A stretch of 64,000 nucleotides of DNA, taken from contig CATNEN010000038.1 in the NCBI GenBank assembly GCA_950097015.1, forward strand, positions 28,830,001-28,894,000, read 5' to 3'. The position numbers and the translations under genes are program-made. Positions within the stretch are counted from its first letter, which is position 1; each line of letters opens with the position of its first letter. Shown here piece by piece: positions 27,301 through 40,877 of this stretch. The stretch comes from Macrostomum hystrix. Its lineage: Eukaryota > Animalia > Platyhelminthes. The notes beneath the pieces were generated by a model, which was not told the DNA's origin, did not search any database, and saw only the letters and a program-made list of their open reading frames with translations.

Positions 27301-30300
27301 AGCTAATGCTGGTACCCATTTAACAGCTGAGTGAACTGAATCAATGAAGAGTTAAGAATCTTACTAACAGACGCAAATTGCAGGGGAGTCAGGAATCGAA
27401 CCCCGACCTTGAAGTCATGAGTCAGACGCTCTAACCATTAGGCTTCAACACGTCTTTATGAGCTTAATCTCTTATATACCCGGGATCTCTTAGTTTATAT
27501 AAACATTTAGTTTACGGTAAAAAGTATAGATTACCAGGTTTTCAGGTGGAGGTTAAGGTGCACAGTTGCAAAACTTTTCGCACATTGCAGGCATGTTCGT
27601 TGGCGCACTCTGTGCTCTTACCGGCGTACTAACCATCGCCCTGCCTGTACCAGTCATTGTCTCCAACTTCTCCATGTTCTATTCGCATACTCAAGCGCGC
27701 AGCAAACTGCCAAAGAAGCGTCGAAGAGTATTACCAGTTGAAGCCGTTCGGCCCAAGATGGCGGCTGCGGGTCCCGGCGGCCTCTTAAAGGGCGCCGGAG
27801 CTGCCAGCGGCAATGCGAGAAGATTCAACGCGATGAAGACGGGGCCAGGACTGTTAGACTCAAAGCTCAACAGGCTAGGTGAGTTGAACGAGCTGAAAGT
27901 TTTGAGTTTTGTGTGCACAGCAGCTTCCACGGGTTGAAATCTATGTTTTTTTGAAATTAATTTCTTAGATGGTCGAACTCTTTGACTTTGTTTGACTTTG
28001 TTTTCTTTCGTTATAATTTGGTACAGCGGCCAGTGAATATTTACATCCTGTCTCTCAGGTTGGTGAGATCTGTATGATTGGTAAAGTTCTTGTCTTATCT
28101 ATGACGTGGGTCAATGTGAGACTGAGCAAGCTGAGTTGCATTGCATATCGCATGTCTGAGCTAAGCTTCTGCCCCATCTGAACCACTAAAGCAATCTCTA
28201 GGGTTGATCTCTAGGACTAAAAAAAAAGTTGAGCTCGTCCAGCGCTTTGGGACACCCTCTGCTCGCACATTTTTGCCTGGCTCCCCGGTCAGACGGGGCC
28301 AATCAATGTGGTCTCTGCGCTGCCCCGGCTTGTTCAAGTGTTCGATTTTCTCAGACAGCTAGCAGCCTCCCTATCTATTTAGCAGGTCTCAAAGCGGTCC
28401 GGATTTTTTGCAATCTCATCCGGAGCGGAAGGGTCGGCGCCGATGTTTCTTAGAAATTGAGAGCAGGACAGAAGCGCCCCCGCGTGCACTTATAGGACCA
28501 ATTCCAGCTGGTGCCAGTGTTTCAAAGGGGAGAAGAGAGAATTGGAGCAGGAAATTGCTGAGCCCCTAAAAAACATTAGAACTTCAGTTGATACTCTAAA
28601 TTGTGTCTTGGCCGCTGGGGTGCCCAGCTTAACAGGCATCGAGGATGTCTTTCAAAGCCTTGATTATTATTCATATCTATTTACTTGAAAAAAGCTTTCA
28701 AAATAAAAAACGCACGTATTTTCCGCGCCGGATTTATTGTCTTCTATTAAAAGACAATTAAAATTTTAGAAATTTGATGGTTGCGCCCGTAAAAGCAAAG
28801 TCGAACAAAATGCATTGACACAATTAGTATTGACACAATTGACACAATTTTTGCTGTACTTGTAAACTACGAGTAATTTTTTTAAACATAGTTTATGTAT
28901 TATATCATACTTTTCTCTGTACAGTAGCCTCGTAATTGTCGTAAAGCGGTGATGTAAATGAGGATATTACGGGCTTTATTTGAGACTGAATCTCATTTCC
29001 AGGTGCAACAACACTGCAGTCAATGATGACGCCATTTAGTAAGTTCGTCTAGACGGATTTTTATTTTTGACCTAAACTTTGAATTGGTCACAACTAAAAC
29101 TAAAATGTTACCGCGGTTTACCTAATACTTTGATAAACAGCTAAATTAAACTAAATTCGCATAGTAAATTTTTCACTTGTTTATTGCGACACTAAAATTT
29201 ATATTGGCATTCAGATGGTGTGACTGATCAACTCGGTATAGACGACAACATTGAAAATTCTAGATTGAATTTAGTTGGAGCTGTACAGGGAATCTGAGAA
29301 ACAGCATACAAGTCGTATTTTAAATAACCATGGTACCCAAGGTGACAAAATGTCTAATTACTATGGTAACCAGGAAAGAACGTGTTTACCATGGTAAAAT
29401 TGTCTAACGGTCCGGTAAAAGATTGGGAAAGTATAACAAAATCCAAATGATTCAGTTTTTTGTTGTCTAGTTAAAACGAGAAAATTCATTAGCAGAGCTT
29501 ATCTTTAAACTTTGACTGGTAATTTTTTGGACTGAACATCATACTAACAAGTGCAAGTCGCTTTATTTGAGTTGGTCGAATGTTTCGCTCAGAAGAATGG
29601 ACAATTACGAGCGTAAAATTGCGACCTTATCTATTAGTTCTTTAAGAAACTACGCAGGTAAATTTTTTTCATTTTAATTTAACGACTGAAGTTTAGTCAA
29701 CATCATTAACTCACTAAATATAACTTCCTTTTTGCTTATTGGCATGCTAGAAATTTGTTTTTTTCGTCATTAACACGGTTAGTTGATTATGCCTTTTAAG
29801 TATTTTAATATGCGCTGACATTTATCAATCCCGCTGCAGGATTTTATCCCTCAAGTCTCAACTTTGTTTCCTTTCAAGAAGGTAAAATTGAATGCCTATC
29901 AGCTGTACCGATGAGATCTACATACCTGGCATGGCCAAGACGGTTGCTGTGCAAACATTATCTGAAATTTTGTTTAGTTATTTGAGATTTTTAACTGAGT
30001 CAAAAATATGCAAATGACGCTACTTAAAGTAGTTTTGCTTTGATAATTTAAAGAGAGTAGTGTAATAAAAACAATGCACTTTTATAGCCGATAGCTTGCC
30101 GATGCCCGCAATGAATTTTATCAGCCTCATGCGGGAATTAGGGCCTAAAACCTCACGCAGGAGGTGGGTCTTGCAGCTAATGCTTCTGAAACTACATTAG
30201 ATTGTAATTAAAATCAATTTGCATGCAAAAACACTCTACGCTTTTTTGAAGAGTGTCTGCAATTAAAAACTTTCAATACACTCGCTTTTTAGGGACATTG

Positions 30301-31828
30301 GTCCCTTGTACCAAGGTCTGTGAGCTCGATACCGCATGGAAAAGACTTGGCAGCTTGCGGTGCAATTAGTTACTACTCTTGCCTTACAATGAAAAAGTCA
30401 GAGCAGCCTCACAAACCAGTGTGAGCTAGTTCTTGCGACCGGTATCATAGTTTGTAATTAGGAACCAATCCTGTTACATGAAAGAATCAAGCATTGTGCT
30501 TTACTAGTCCGTTTGACCGTCGATTCGGCCAATTGCGCCACTTTCCAGATCCCCAAAATTATTTGCAACTGACGCAAATTCAATCGTCACCATCTGAGTT
30601 ACCGCAGCTGCCAACAACGCAGCCAAGTAAGTCTTGTCGTAAATTAACAATCAGTACATCTGACCAAGTTCAGCATGTCTTCCATGAAGAATTTAAGTTA
30701 CTTTCTTTTGCCCAGCAACAAAATGAAGACACCTATTACTAAAATGCATTTCTGGTATGAGAAATGTTTGTTTAATTTCTTGTTTTTTAATTCAAGCTAA
30801 CTGAAAAAGACAGGACAACGAAGTTGCTTGGCTTGAAGGAACATGCACTTAACTAAGCATTGTTGATTTGCTTCACTCGCTTTTTAACTGCTGAAGCATC
30901 CCAAAACAATATTTTCGATTTCGATTATTTTTCTGAGAATTTTTATAGCGAAAAGTTTCGATTTTTTCATATTTGCTTTTGCAATTCACGCAAACAGTAA
31001 AAATAATTTTTTTTTCGATACTAAACTAATTGTGTTTTCCACACTAATTTGACTCCTAGTCCTATATTAAGTCAGCATTCAAGCCTTTAAGGCATCTGCC
31101 ATGAAATTGTTTTGTTTCGTCTGTTTTTAAGCTAAGAAACAGATGGTGTAACGAAATAGTTATATTTTTGTTATGTAAACGATCCAGTTGAAATCAAAGT
31201 AAGGTTTTAATCATAAAAAATATTTATTTTTGTTTAAAAAACTTACAATGACGTGCGATGTGCTACTATACAGCACAGAATGGGGCGGTACTCGAGTTAT
31301 TGATTAAAGGTCAACAGACACCTGGGGTTACAATAGGTACACCTGTGTGTTATTCGGCATAACCAGGTAGCACAGCAATTAACCAAACTGCAAACGATTT
31401 ACCAATTCTCGAGCACAGGTCTCAAAGAAGAGCAGATTCCCATGCTGCTAGTGAACAGCGGGGCTGGTCAACTTGCTCAGCAGAGCACAGGTACACAGCA
31501 GCAGCCTTATCAGCTGCATGCCAGACGGGCTGCTGTCATACAGCTTGACGAGCCAATTCTTACCTCGGTCGAGCAGCCGAAAGTGCTCGTCGAGGCTGCA
31601 GCTTCTGAGCACGAAGAGCACGGGTTTGATCACCAAATCACCGACGATCCTTTCTCGGATCGCTGCTTGAACACATCTGGCACTGAACAGTCCACTTCTT
31701 CACTTCCTTTACCACAGCAGCAGCAGCAGCTAGGTGTGACCGGTATAAACAATTTTGCGCAAAACGTGTCCCCTGGTTGCTGTGAACCTGAATGTAGATT
31801 CTTCGTGCCAGTTGTATATAATATTTGA
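15384..31828 (+). CDS. Shaw: Voltage-gated potassium channel, Shaw/Kv3 subfamily
   Basis: T1 domain ([30 protein letters not shown]...EPCCW), S4 [12 protein letters not shown], pore [10 protein letters not shown]6 PVPVIV. Core exons 15384-15665, 25396-25623, 26223-26635, 26979-27217, 27591-27878. Candidate tail exons 29003-29038, 29840-29881, 30549-30626, 31419-31828 are less certain. Confidence 0.95.
17077..17568. repeat. Degenerate ~22-bp minisatellite (cagatgaggctctcaagtttat)
   Basis: Direct reading. Confidence 0.85.
18214..18403. repeat. 41-bp tandem repeat, about 4.5 copies
   Basis: atctctcttcatgagtgtctgtaattacagcatcattgtta. Confidence 0.9.
19043..19378 (+). mobile_element. tRNA-derived SINE family 2, full-length copy with 13-bp TSD
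   Basis: A box TGGCAGAGCGG, B box GTTCGATTCC, (ATT)n tail; flanked by aacagaatctcac (19030-19042) and aacagaagctcac (19379-19391). Confidence 0.88.
19629..19696. repeat. 18-bp tandem repeat (ttaaggccttcctacacc)
   Basis: Direct reading. Confidence 0.85.
20490..20797 (-). mobile_element. SINE family 2 copy
   Basis: Reverse complement of 19043-19378. Confidence 0.8.
21296..21492 (+). mobile_element. SINE family 1 copy, 3'-truncated
   Basis: Head and core present; abuts an inverted SINE2 copy. Confidence 0.7.
21493..21742 (-). mobile_element. SINE family 2 copy, 3'-truncated
   Basis: Head and middle motifs. Confidence 0.75.
25653..26196. repeat. Perfect 16-bp minisatellite (ccatcggatctgggat) filling Shaw intron 2
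   Basis: Direct reading; intron 25624-26222. Confidence 0.97.
27290..27450 (-). mobile_element. SINE family 1 copy, partial
   Basis: Head and core motifs in a Shaw intron. Confidence 0.7.
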
Positions 31829-32466
31829 ATTGCACTGCGAAAAACTAAAAGTCTTCGTGTTTATTACACTATTTTGTCTTATTACTGCATCATACCTGGT
31901 GAACGGCTGTGCTGTGTCATTGTCTTGTCTATCACAATTATCTTAGGATGTCAAACATACACAACGATCAACCTTTGTAGCTGATGTTTACAACAAATTT
32001 GAAGACACTAAATTGTCAATGTTTTGTTGCAGTGTCGGTCTGATATAACCTCACGAATAACAATTAGAATATGTATGCGTTATCGGACTAGCTTGCTTAA
32101 CTATTGAATTACTTTTTTGGCACCAAGTGGCGCATGAAATTAACTACTTTTGGCGTTTCTCTAACTACTATTGTTGACTTTACTGCCGCAAACAATCCCT
32201 GTAGTACTTGCAGGCTGGTTCGAGAACAATTTTTAGCGTTTAGCATTGTCGTTCAAGTTGGACGGTTTGACGACTGCTTCTGTATAGCTTAGCAAACGAC
32301 GCTTAAAGCAAAAAATGACAACTAACGCTTTGCCTTGCTATAAACAGTTTGTCGGATGCTTTTTTGATGGTACCGCATTTTATAGACAGACGAATGTACT
32401 CAAATCGTTTGAGACTCATTTGTAATGAATGAAACAATTTTTTTTCTCTATTTTTTTAATTCGAAG

Positions 32467-33265
32467 GAGGCGGCAATGCGGGAGATGGCAATCACTCAGG
32501 ATCTGCTGGCGAGCTGCTGACTCAGTCTGAGGACCTGCGGGCAATCATTCACAGTTCAACACTCCCAGGTGAGCGTCACTAGGGACCGCACCACCCGCCT
32601 CAATTGGAGACCCAATTTCCGGCAATGCTGCGATTTCTTGCTAATCTGGGAGAGGTGAAACAATACGAAGTTCGTATTGCACAAGAAAAGTACTCTTTAC
32701 TATGGGCTGAGATTTGAACTCTCGATCAATCTCTAACCTATGTGCCACCTGGGGGGTCAGTGGATGAGCGTTTAACGCATTTTTCTATTGCACAAACATC
32801 ATTGAGCTCGATTCCGAAGCGAGGCCACATAGTGAGGCCACAGTGGGGCGCAGCCGCGGTGAGAAGGTTTGGGACCTTGTCGTGCGATTTACGCCTTTGA
32901 GGGCCAACCTTCAAGGCAAAGTGAGAGTGTACACTGCCTGAAAATGCGAAAGTCAGGGCAGATGTACACACCTGTGTGAGCGCGTACCTGCGTACAGTAT
33001 CTGTGGGCGTATGTGCTCAGGAGTCAGCTGAATTGGCAGTTACATCGCGAGATATTTCAGTTCGCACAAATCCAAGCAAACGATATTCCTCCAACAACCT
33101 TTAGTACTTAAAATTACCCTGCATACAACTTAAACAACAACAATCCCTCCTAATTTTGTCGTGACCCATCCATTTCAAATAGGTGTCAACGGCGTTGACA
33201 GCCGGTCAGCCAGCCCAGTCGATGGTGCACCTGCGAAGGCAGTAGCTACTAGCAAAAATATTTGA
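32467..33265 (+). CDS. Candidate alternative C-terminal exons of Shaw (32467-32568 cassette; 33183-33265 terminal)
   Basis: Good acceptors, GTGAGC donor, 102-nt phase-1/phase-1 open exon (GGGNAGDGNHSGSAGELL...), then a phase-1 exon ending ATSKNI*. Confidence 0.5.
32751..33040 (+). mobile_element. SINE family 2 copy, 3'-truncated
   Basis: Colinear with the family. Confidence 0.78.
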
Positions 33266-33944
33266 CAAGCAATCATCAAATTGGAATCATCAGTGAAATC
33301 CTATGAAAGTCGGTCAAACCGGCAATGAATTTTCGAATACCAATGCACCACTGTTCCTTCCATTCGATAGAAGATAATTTGTGTAATAATAAGTTTACTA
33401 GTTACTTATTTCCATTGGCCATTATGAATTACTAGTATAATTACACAAAAGATAAACAAAGTACTTGATAAGCTTTATTATTATTATTCTTTCTGAATAA
33501 CAGACTAAACCACAATTACTTTCTTTGGAATCGTAATTAGGTTTGTGCCATTAACCTGCGTCAGTGTTTTACAATGCTCTTCATCACAAATGGTAAATGT
33601 ATGCGTTAATGAAAACAAAATGTAACTGTATTCAAAATCGTTGCATTCAAATAATTGTTATTAGCTCCAATCGTGATTATACAGAATAATGCTGCAATGT
33701 TGTCCTTTGTCCCTCTGATAATATTGTAACAGCGTTGCTTGAATTGATCGAAGCTTTGTTGAGGCGTTGATGTAATAATTATGTGAAAATTCGATCAACT
33801 ATCATTGTAAATTTTAATCGTAATAATTGTGTTCTCCACTATTGACATGGTTGTTATTGAAATGCTTTCAGGGTCAGTATTTTACTCTCAAAGGGCGCTG
33901 TCTAAATTGTCTAACAGAAAAAACTACCCACAGACACGTATAAA

Positions 33945-34451
33945 TCTTTCACCGCATTGTTTTCCGCATGGTTTTCCGCATGGTTTTCCGCATGGTTTTT
34001 TTCCCTGTATTTTTGCATCATGCTGACTTGAACAAAGCACTCATGTGCTGCAATAATCCTTGGTAACATTTTTAGCAAACATATGAAAGAGATTCTAACA
34101 ACTATATCATACAAGATTATATGATACTAGGTCATATCTTACCAGATCATGCCATATCATACCATAGCATGCCATATTATACCATATAATGCCAGATAAT
34201 ACAAAATCATGCCATATCATACCAGATTATGCCATATCATACCATATTAAATACCAGATCATGTCATATGCTAACATATAGACTACTTCATCATACAAGA
34301 TGAATACTATACCAGGTCATATCATACCATCCATTAAATTAAATTACAGTTTCACAGTAATTTTTACACCATACAAAATTTTTTTTTACACGGAAAAAAA
34401 CCGTGCGGAAAACCATGCGGAAAACCATGCGGAAAACAATGCGGTGAAAGA
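33945..34451. mobile_element. Foldback/MITE-like element with ~65-bp inverted arms built from 12-bp subrepeats
   Basis: 33945-34009 and 34387-34451 are near-perfect reverse complements; internal ~20-bp ataccagatcatgccatatc repeats. Confidence 0.7.
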
Positions 34452-34961
34452 CCCACTCATCCCACAGACATTGTTGCTAAATTTAGACGCAGAACTGCAA
34501 AACAAACGACTGCGTGTATAAACAATATATTTATCTGGGGTTGTGTCCTGATTAAAACACTGCATTGATGGCTATCGTATGATTGCACAGCAAATGTTGG
34601 GTTTAAAAATTCATGCATAAAAACTACAGAGTGATTGATGAGACAATGGTATTATGGGAAATTAAATTGACTTTGAAACAGTTACCAGATTGGGCAAGCT
34701 TATAAGCTTTAGTTTTACACACGCTCTGAGTCCATGCATTTTTCAAATAGCATAATAATTCCTGACATGGCGTTTCGTATGAAGTTGCCTTACTTATAGT
34801 CATCTTCTGACTTTAGTTAAAGTCATTGGCAGATAGAATGAAGAAGTTAGTCTAACCAGTTAGGCTGTTCAGTTAATAGGCTGGGCAGGACGCTACACCC
34901 TTTGAATAATTCTAGTGCCCTTTGAATAAAAAAGTTTGAAAAAAGAAGAAGAAAAAAATAG

Positions 34962-35250
34962 TAATTGCAGGAGGATGTGGGCAATAGCACATCATATTTG
35001 GTGACACTCGACTCGCAGCCAACGAGGAGGCAAATCTGCCCATTCTGCTGACTCCTGAGCACACACGCACACAGATACCGTACACAGGCACAGATGCGTA
35101 CATCTGCCCTGACTTTCTCATCGGCGTAAAATGCACGGCAAGACCACAAGCCCTCTCTCCGCGGCTGCGCCCTGATGAAGTGGCCTCGCCGCGGAATCGA
35201 GCTCAGAGACCTTGTTGCGTGAAGTCAACGCGTTAGACCGCTCTGCGACT
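34962..35250 (-). mobile_element. SINE family 2 copy
   Basis: Colinear with the family, internal deletion. Confidence 0.75.
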
Positions 35251-36422
35251 TAAGCCCGTGGACTGGAGGCCAACGAATTTCTTCTTCAGTTGATGCTGGC
35301 ACCCATTCAAAAGCTAGGCAAACTGAAGCACAAGGCAACTGTGTGTCTTGCTCAATGGCACGAATGTCTGACACGAGGTTTCTTGCGAAATTTCAGTCAG
35401 CAGTCGAAATCCCAAACCACTAAGGCTATACAGGCTCCACTTTTAGAAATGCACTTTTCGTCTCCTTACTAAACGGAAAATATTTAAGTGGTTTACTCGG
35501 AGCGTCAAGTATTGTTGATTGTCATCAACAAGGTAATCCTTTTTTAGTCTTATAATTGCTACATGAGCAAAATATTGGGCCGTGAAAGTTATGGATGGAT
35601 TTTCTTTGCTAGTTGCTACCAATTTTGGCATTTGTACACAGCATAGCATGGTATTGCCCGGGTTAGCAACAAGCACGACTGTTACACTGCTCATATGCTT
35701 GGCCTCGGAAATCGCCTTGTTTGTTGAGCAAGCACTGTGCAAAGGGCTTAGAGCAACACGCTGCTGCTAGTTCTTGCGCTTTCTGGAGCCAACGAAAGAG
35801 TTGGAAAAGTTTCAGCTTCACAATTTAATTTAGCTAAATTCTCTTGGCTCCTAATTTAGAAGGGCTAAATAAACTTTATGCATCACTAGCAATGCAGTTA
35901 GCCTTCTGTGTTAGCAAATCAAAGGCTATTATTACTAGTCCCGCCTAAGTGCTCTAATCGATAAGAAGTCATCTTAATTTCTCTAATCTAGACGAGATGG
36001 CGAGATTAGGTCGAGATTATTATACTCAAATTTCTCAATTGCCAAGGTCATCAATTAGCCTAATCATCGTTAATTAGTGATCGTTTGTGATACTCATCAA
36101 TTGAAAATGAGAACATGAGAAAATGAGAAGAATGGACCAGAATAGACTAGATCAGAAAAATATTCAGCATGTTATTCAATGATAGACGGAAGAATGCAGT
36201 TTGTGTGCTAGCTCTGGAGGACCTCACTGTAGACATTGTAAAACTGATTAAACAGTCGACTGTGATCGCTAAGCTTCACTGAGCAATCTGCCTTCCCAGC
36301 TAATCTGATTGGTTGCTAACAACAGCCGGGAATTTTCACACGTACGTAAATATCTATATATTTTACACGCAGTAAAGCAGCTCAACTAGGGACAACTACG
36401 AGCGTATATTCAAACGGTCGGC

Positions 36423-39400
36423 ATGGAGCTCAGTACACAATCGATCAGCGAGTTCATTGCTTCAACAACGGCTCATGGCTTCAGTAGGCTACATCCCGCA
36501 CAGTCACTGCCCATCAAGTGCATGTGGCTGGTGTTCCTAATGGCCAGCATTGGCGGCTTCAGCTATCACATCACGCTGTTAATCTCAAACTACCTCACAA
36601 CACCTGTCTCGGCCAACATCAGTCCCGGAGCAATACCGTTCAGTACGCCAGACATCACCATCTGCAACGTCAGCCCGATCTCGTCGACCAACTACTACGA
36701 GACGGTCACTAAGCACTACGATGTGTACATGCGACTGCTGTCTGAGGCCTACTCAACCCAGAGCGTGGTTGAGAGCCACGGCTTCGGCTACAATACAGAC
36801 ATCCTGATGCAAGTTTCGCGGGACATGTTTGACTCTTCGCTGCTGCTCAATTATCTCGGTCATCGTCGGGAGTACTTTATTGTGCGCTGCCGGTACAAAG
36901 GACTTGATTGCAACTACAGGCACTTTCAGAACTTTTGGGACAGCAAATTTGGCAATTGTTTTCGATTTCAACCCTCGGCTGATCTGCTGAATGCCACCAA
37001 GGATGTCACTGAGTTCCAACTGGAGCTGGTAATTTTAAATCGAATGATAAAATCTGTATTACTAGTTAAATTATGGATTAGCAAAATATTTGTTTTCTCA
37101 AGGAAACTAATTAAAATACCCGGCTGAGATTTTAACTCCCGACTGCCCGTTTAGAAGTAAAGGCTCGAATCAAAACACAATACTCGCTCCATAGTGACCT
37201 CCTAACTAGTTTTATTTTTCTTACTGGAATGAATAATAATTCCCCATAATAAATGGGCCAGATGTCCAGCCGACAGCACAGTCGCAGCTATTGCGCGGCG
37301 CATGCGAAGGCAGCGTACGACTGTTCAGTCCATGGACTGGTGGCTGGTACCCTTTGAACAGTTGGTTGAAATGAAGCAACGTAGTGTTGAGTGCCTAGCT
37401 AAAGGACCCGAATCTTATCAGTTAAATCGGTAATTGAACCCACGACCTTTAAGTCGTGAGTCCTACGCTCACTACTAGGCCGCAAGCACTTTGCTGCAAC
37501 TCTACCAACTTTGTAAGAATTTGGAATTTACTAAAATTCGCTGAAATGTGATAAACATTCGCAGGTATTGTTCACTGATACAAACCCGGTAGTTACTCAT
37601 CCGTACAGCATGGAAGTGTACCGCATGCTAACAGCAGGTGTCACCTTCGAGGGCGAATACGACGTGTCCAAATCCGGCGGAGCGATCCTGTTCTACGGCG
37701 ACAGGGACCACTACCCAAGGGACTACATTAACTTGTCACCAGGCGTTCATTCCTACGTCGACTTTCAGATGGTGGAGCACAGGTGAGCTGATTGTGATCA
37801 TTAGTTTATACCGACTTGTGGAACAAATTGTACAAAAAAAAGAAGTATTAAAATGGACTCAATTTCTAGAAAAGTTAAGGTTTTGGGCTACATTATATAT
37901 ATGCTCTACGTCTGAGTAGGACTATGAAATGATCAATAAAGACCTTGTAGACTTTTGGGAGCTAAATGCAAAAACTAAACGATCATTATTTGAATAAGAA
38001 GTCATCAAGTATCGCATCATGCATGTGTTTTAGCCAGCATAGCTTGAGGAGAACAAGTATCATTATCTATTCATAATGGTGTCATATTGTGAGTTTCTGA
38101 CGCCATTAAAGCGTCTTTAACAAACCCTCGTCACATCCGGGGTGAACGATTTAGACAGCAAATTTAAACGGAGAGACAAGTCTAGAGAGTAAAGTGTTGA
38201 GAAATGCTTAAAATGAAAACTGTGGGATTTCGTCATTACTGGGATCATTTAGGGATCAAGTTTCACACACGAGTTTAGATTTTTTGCCCTTTAGCAAACT
38301 GAATTGACTGGAACTGAGTTTGGGGCCTTAATTGATTCAAATTTCATGTCGCCTAACTAGTGGAGAAGTTTGGGAATTAAAATTTTGTCTTCATTTAATC
38401 GGCAAGACTAAAGTAATTTGAGTACGAGCAATAGATTGCTACAAGGCTACATAAATCTAGATTTAAGCGAGATTTAGATTTCACAAAGAATTGTTTGAAG
38501 TTTGGTAATTTTACTTGCTTTCCTGGTAGTTTTCATAAACGCATTAAAGACTTTTGTAATCGAATATCCGTAATCAAAATAACGGTCTCGTATTTTATTT
38601 CTGAAGAGTTATATAATCTAACTCTTTACTGCTCGACATTTTACAATTGTATCGTCACCTCTATTGTCAAAATGTTGCATTATTTGTTGCTATGGTTACT
38701 TTAAAAACAATTTTAACAAAGTAGGAGTAGTAACTTTGCGAAATGCTGAAAAAATGAAAATCCACAGAAATATAAAAATTATGCAGTAAGTAACAATTTC
38801 CATATTTGTTATAATTCATTCACGTGAGTTATACTCGTAGTTTAAAGTTCGACATTATTTTTAATCGATACGCAGATACGTCAGTCGCAACGCAAAGGCC
38901 TGCCTTGAAGCCGGTGGTATCGTGTACTACGAAGACTCGGACAGGACGCGCCTCCGATTTCGAAAGAATCGCATCGACTGCCAGTACAGAAAGCTGCTAG
39001 AGAAGATTATTTCCGACTGTCAGTGCTTCTCCACTAGAATCGCTCCGTCATACGTTAATCTCACGGAAACTTTCAAAGAAATGCGCTGCTCCCATCTGGT
39101 TGCCAGCACAGCCACTGCCGATTTTCTTAAGCGACGCAACTGCGAACGCGATGCCATCCTGAAAAAGAGCAGCTACTTCAACCAGATGACTGACTGCCTG
39201 CCGAACTGTGCCGAGCGCATCTACACGCCCATCATCTCGATGACGACGTGGCCTCTAAATAGCTTGGCCGTTAGCTGCAAGAATAGCATCATGAATCAGA
39301 CGATTTCTAATCTGCTGGCTCACAATATCACGCCGCCAGATACATTCTATTATTTTCTCAGAAACATCACAACACCTCCAGAGGTGCAAAGAGATTTCTC

Positions 39401-39920
39401 TACTAATTTTGCACAAGTGAGCCTGGGTGAGTACACCGACTTTAGCACCCTGATGCAGGAGGTGCCGTCCTACCTAATCTTCGACTTGTTCTCGAGTATC
39501 GGTGGCATTTTGGGTCTTTATCTGGGCATGTCGCTGCTAACAGTCTGCGAGCTATTCGAATTACTATTTGTACTGGCAGCAGAGTTTCGGGCCGCCGCTC
39601 ATGGCCACAAAACTCGCCGACAGTGGCGCCGGCATGAGCACAATGGATCGAATAGTAGCGAAGCTGGTAGCTCGGTGATAAGCGTGAGTCCGCAAATCAC
39701 TATAGTGAAGAGTCTCGATTTGGGCGACAAAAGCTCCGTGATTGAAAGCGGAGAGCGAAAACAGCAGCAGGAGTCGGAGAACAAAGCCAGCTTTCCACCT
39801 GGTCGTCCGGTACGCGTTACCCCAACCACGACAGCCACGGCGGGAACGAAGCGAACCACGGAAGCGAATAAGCCGACAAAAATCGCAGCATCAGCGCGTC
39901 GGATTGATCGAGTTTGGTGA
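36423..39920 (+). CDS. DEG/ENaC (amiloride-sensitive channel family) subunit, ~622 aa
   Basis: Exons 36423-37028, 37565-37782, 38876-39920. Pre-TM1 TTAHG, PDITICN, FGNCFRF, Cys-rich thumb (DCQC...CLPNCAE), TM2 SSIGGILGLYLGMSLLTVCE. Confidence 0.92.
37250..37485 (-). mobile_element. SINE family 1 copy
   Basis: Shared tail and head motifs, in DEG/ENaC intron 1. Confidence 0.75.
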
Positions 39921-40877
39921 TACAGACGACTATAACTTAAAACTTTTTTAGAAGCTGCAGATAAAACCTATCTTTGCGAGTCGAGATCGTTATTGACTAT
40001 CACATCACAATTGCACCTTATCATTGACTAAGATCCGTGCACCGATTGTCTTGAATTAATGATTAAGCAGAGGATCAAGAATGTGGATGCAAATCCTTTT
40101 TAAAGAGATAGTTTTGAAATGCTCTTTGTTAAAAGTGGGTTTACCTGGCGTTTAGAGGCATTTCCATAAGACCCAAGAACCAAAAAACATTTGCCTAAAA
40201 TAATGTAAAACCAATAATTGAACGGCAATCTACTTTAGAAACACAATGCACACCACTCGATGCACAGACGTCTATGATATATCCGTGCACACTCTATGCA
40301 TATTGTACTCTATGCATAAGCATTCATTGCGTATTTCAGTTCGAATGGCGACAACTAACTGAAAATTGCACAAACTTTCTACTACCTTCACAAATACATA
40401 TAAACTGACAACGAACGAAAATACATACATCATTTAAAACTATCTGCGTCATTAAAGAAACAATTCGTATAAGCAAAAGATATTACCTTTTTGCAGCAAA
40501 TAGTAAGAAAAAAGAATTCTTTTTAAACGAAAAAAATATTCACTTGAAAATTTTTTTAATTTAGGCGAAAAGTACGAGCCCGCGTATATTGGAAACATAA
40601 AGTAAATAGGAACTTGCGAAAATTGTAATAATTGGATTTATAATTATAAGTGCACAGTGGGATTAAAATAAAGTAAAAAAGTACAGAACTTAAATTTACT
40701 TTAAAGGACCACCCAAGTAAATTTACTTGTGACTTGACGAAGTAAGGTTTATCGAAGGTTAACAAAAATGTGGATATCTTAAACAATCGGATATATTGCA
40801 ATGAAATGAGTAATATATTTATTCAACACGTATCATTCGACCTCCAAACGAATTCAGTAGGCCTTTATAAGCTTAGG

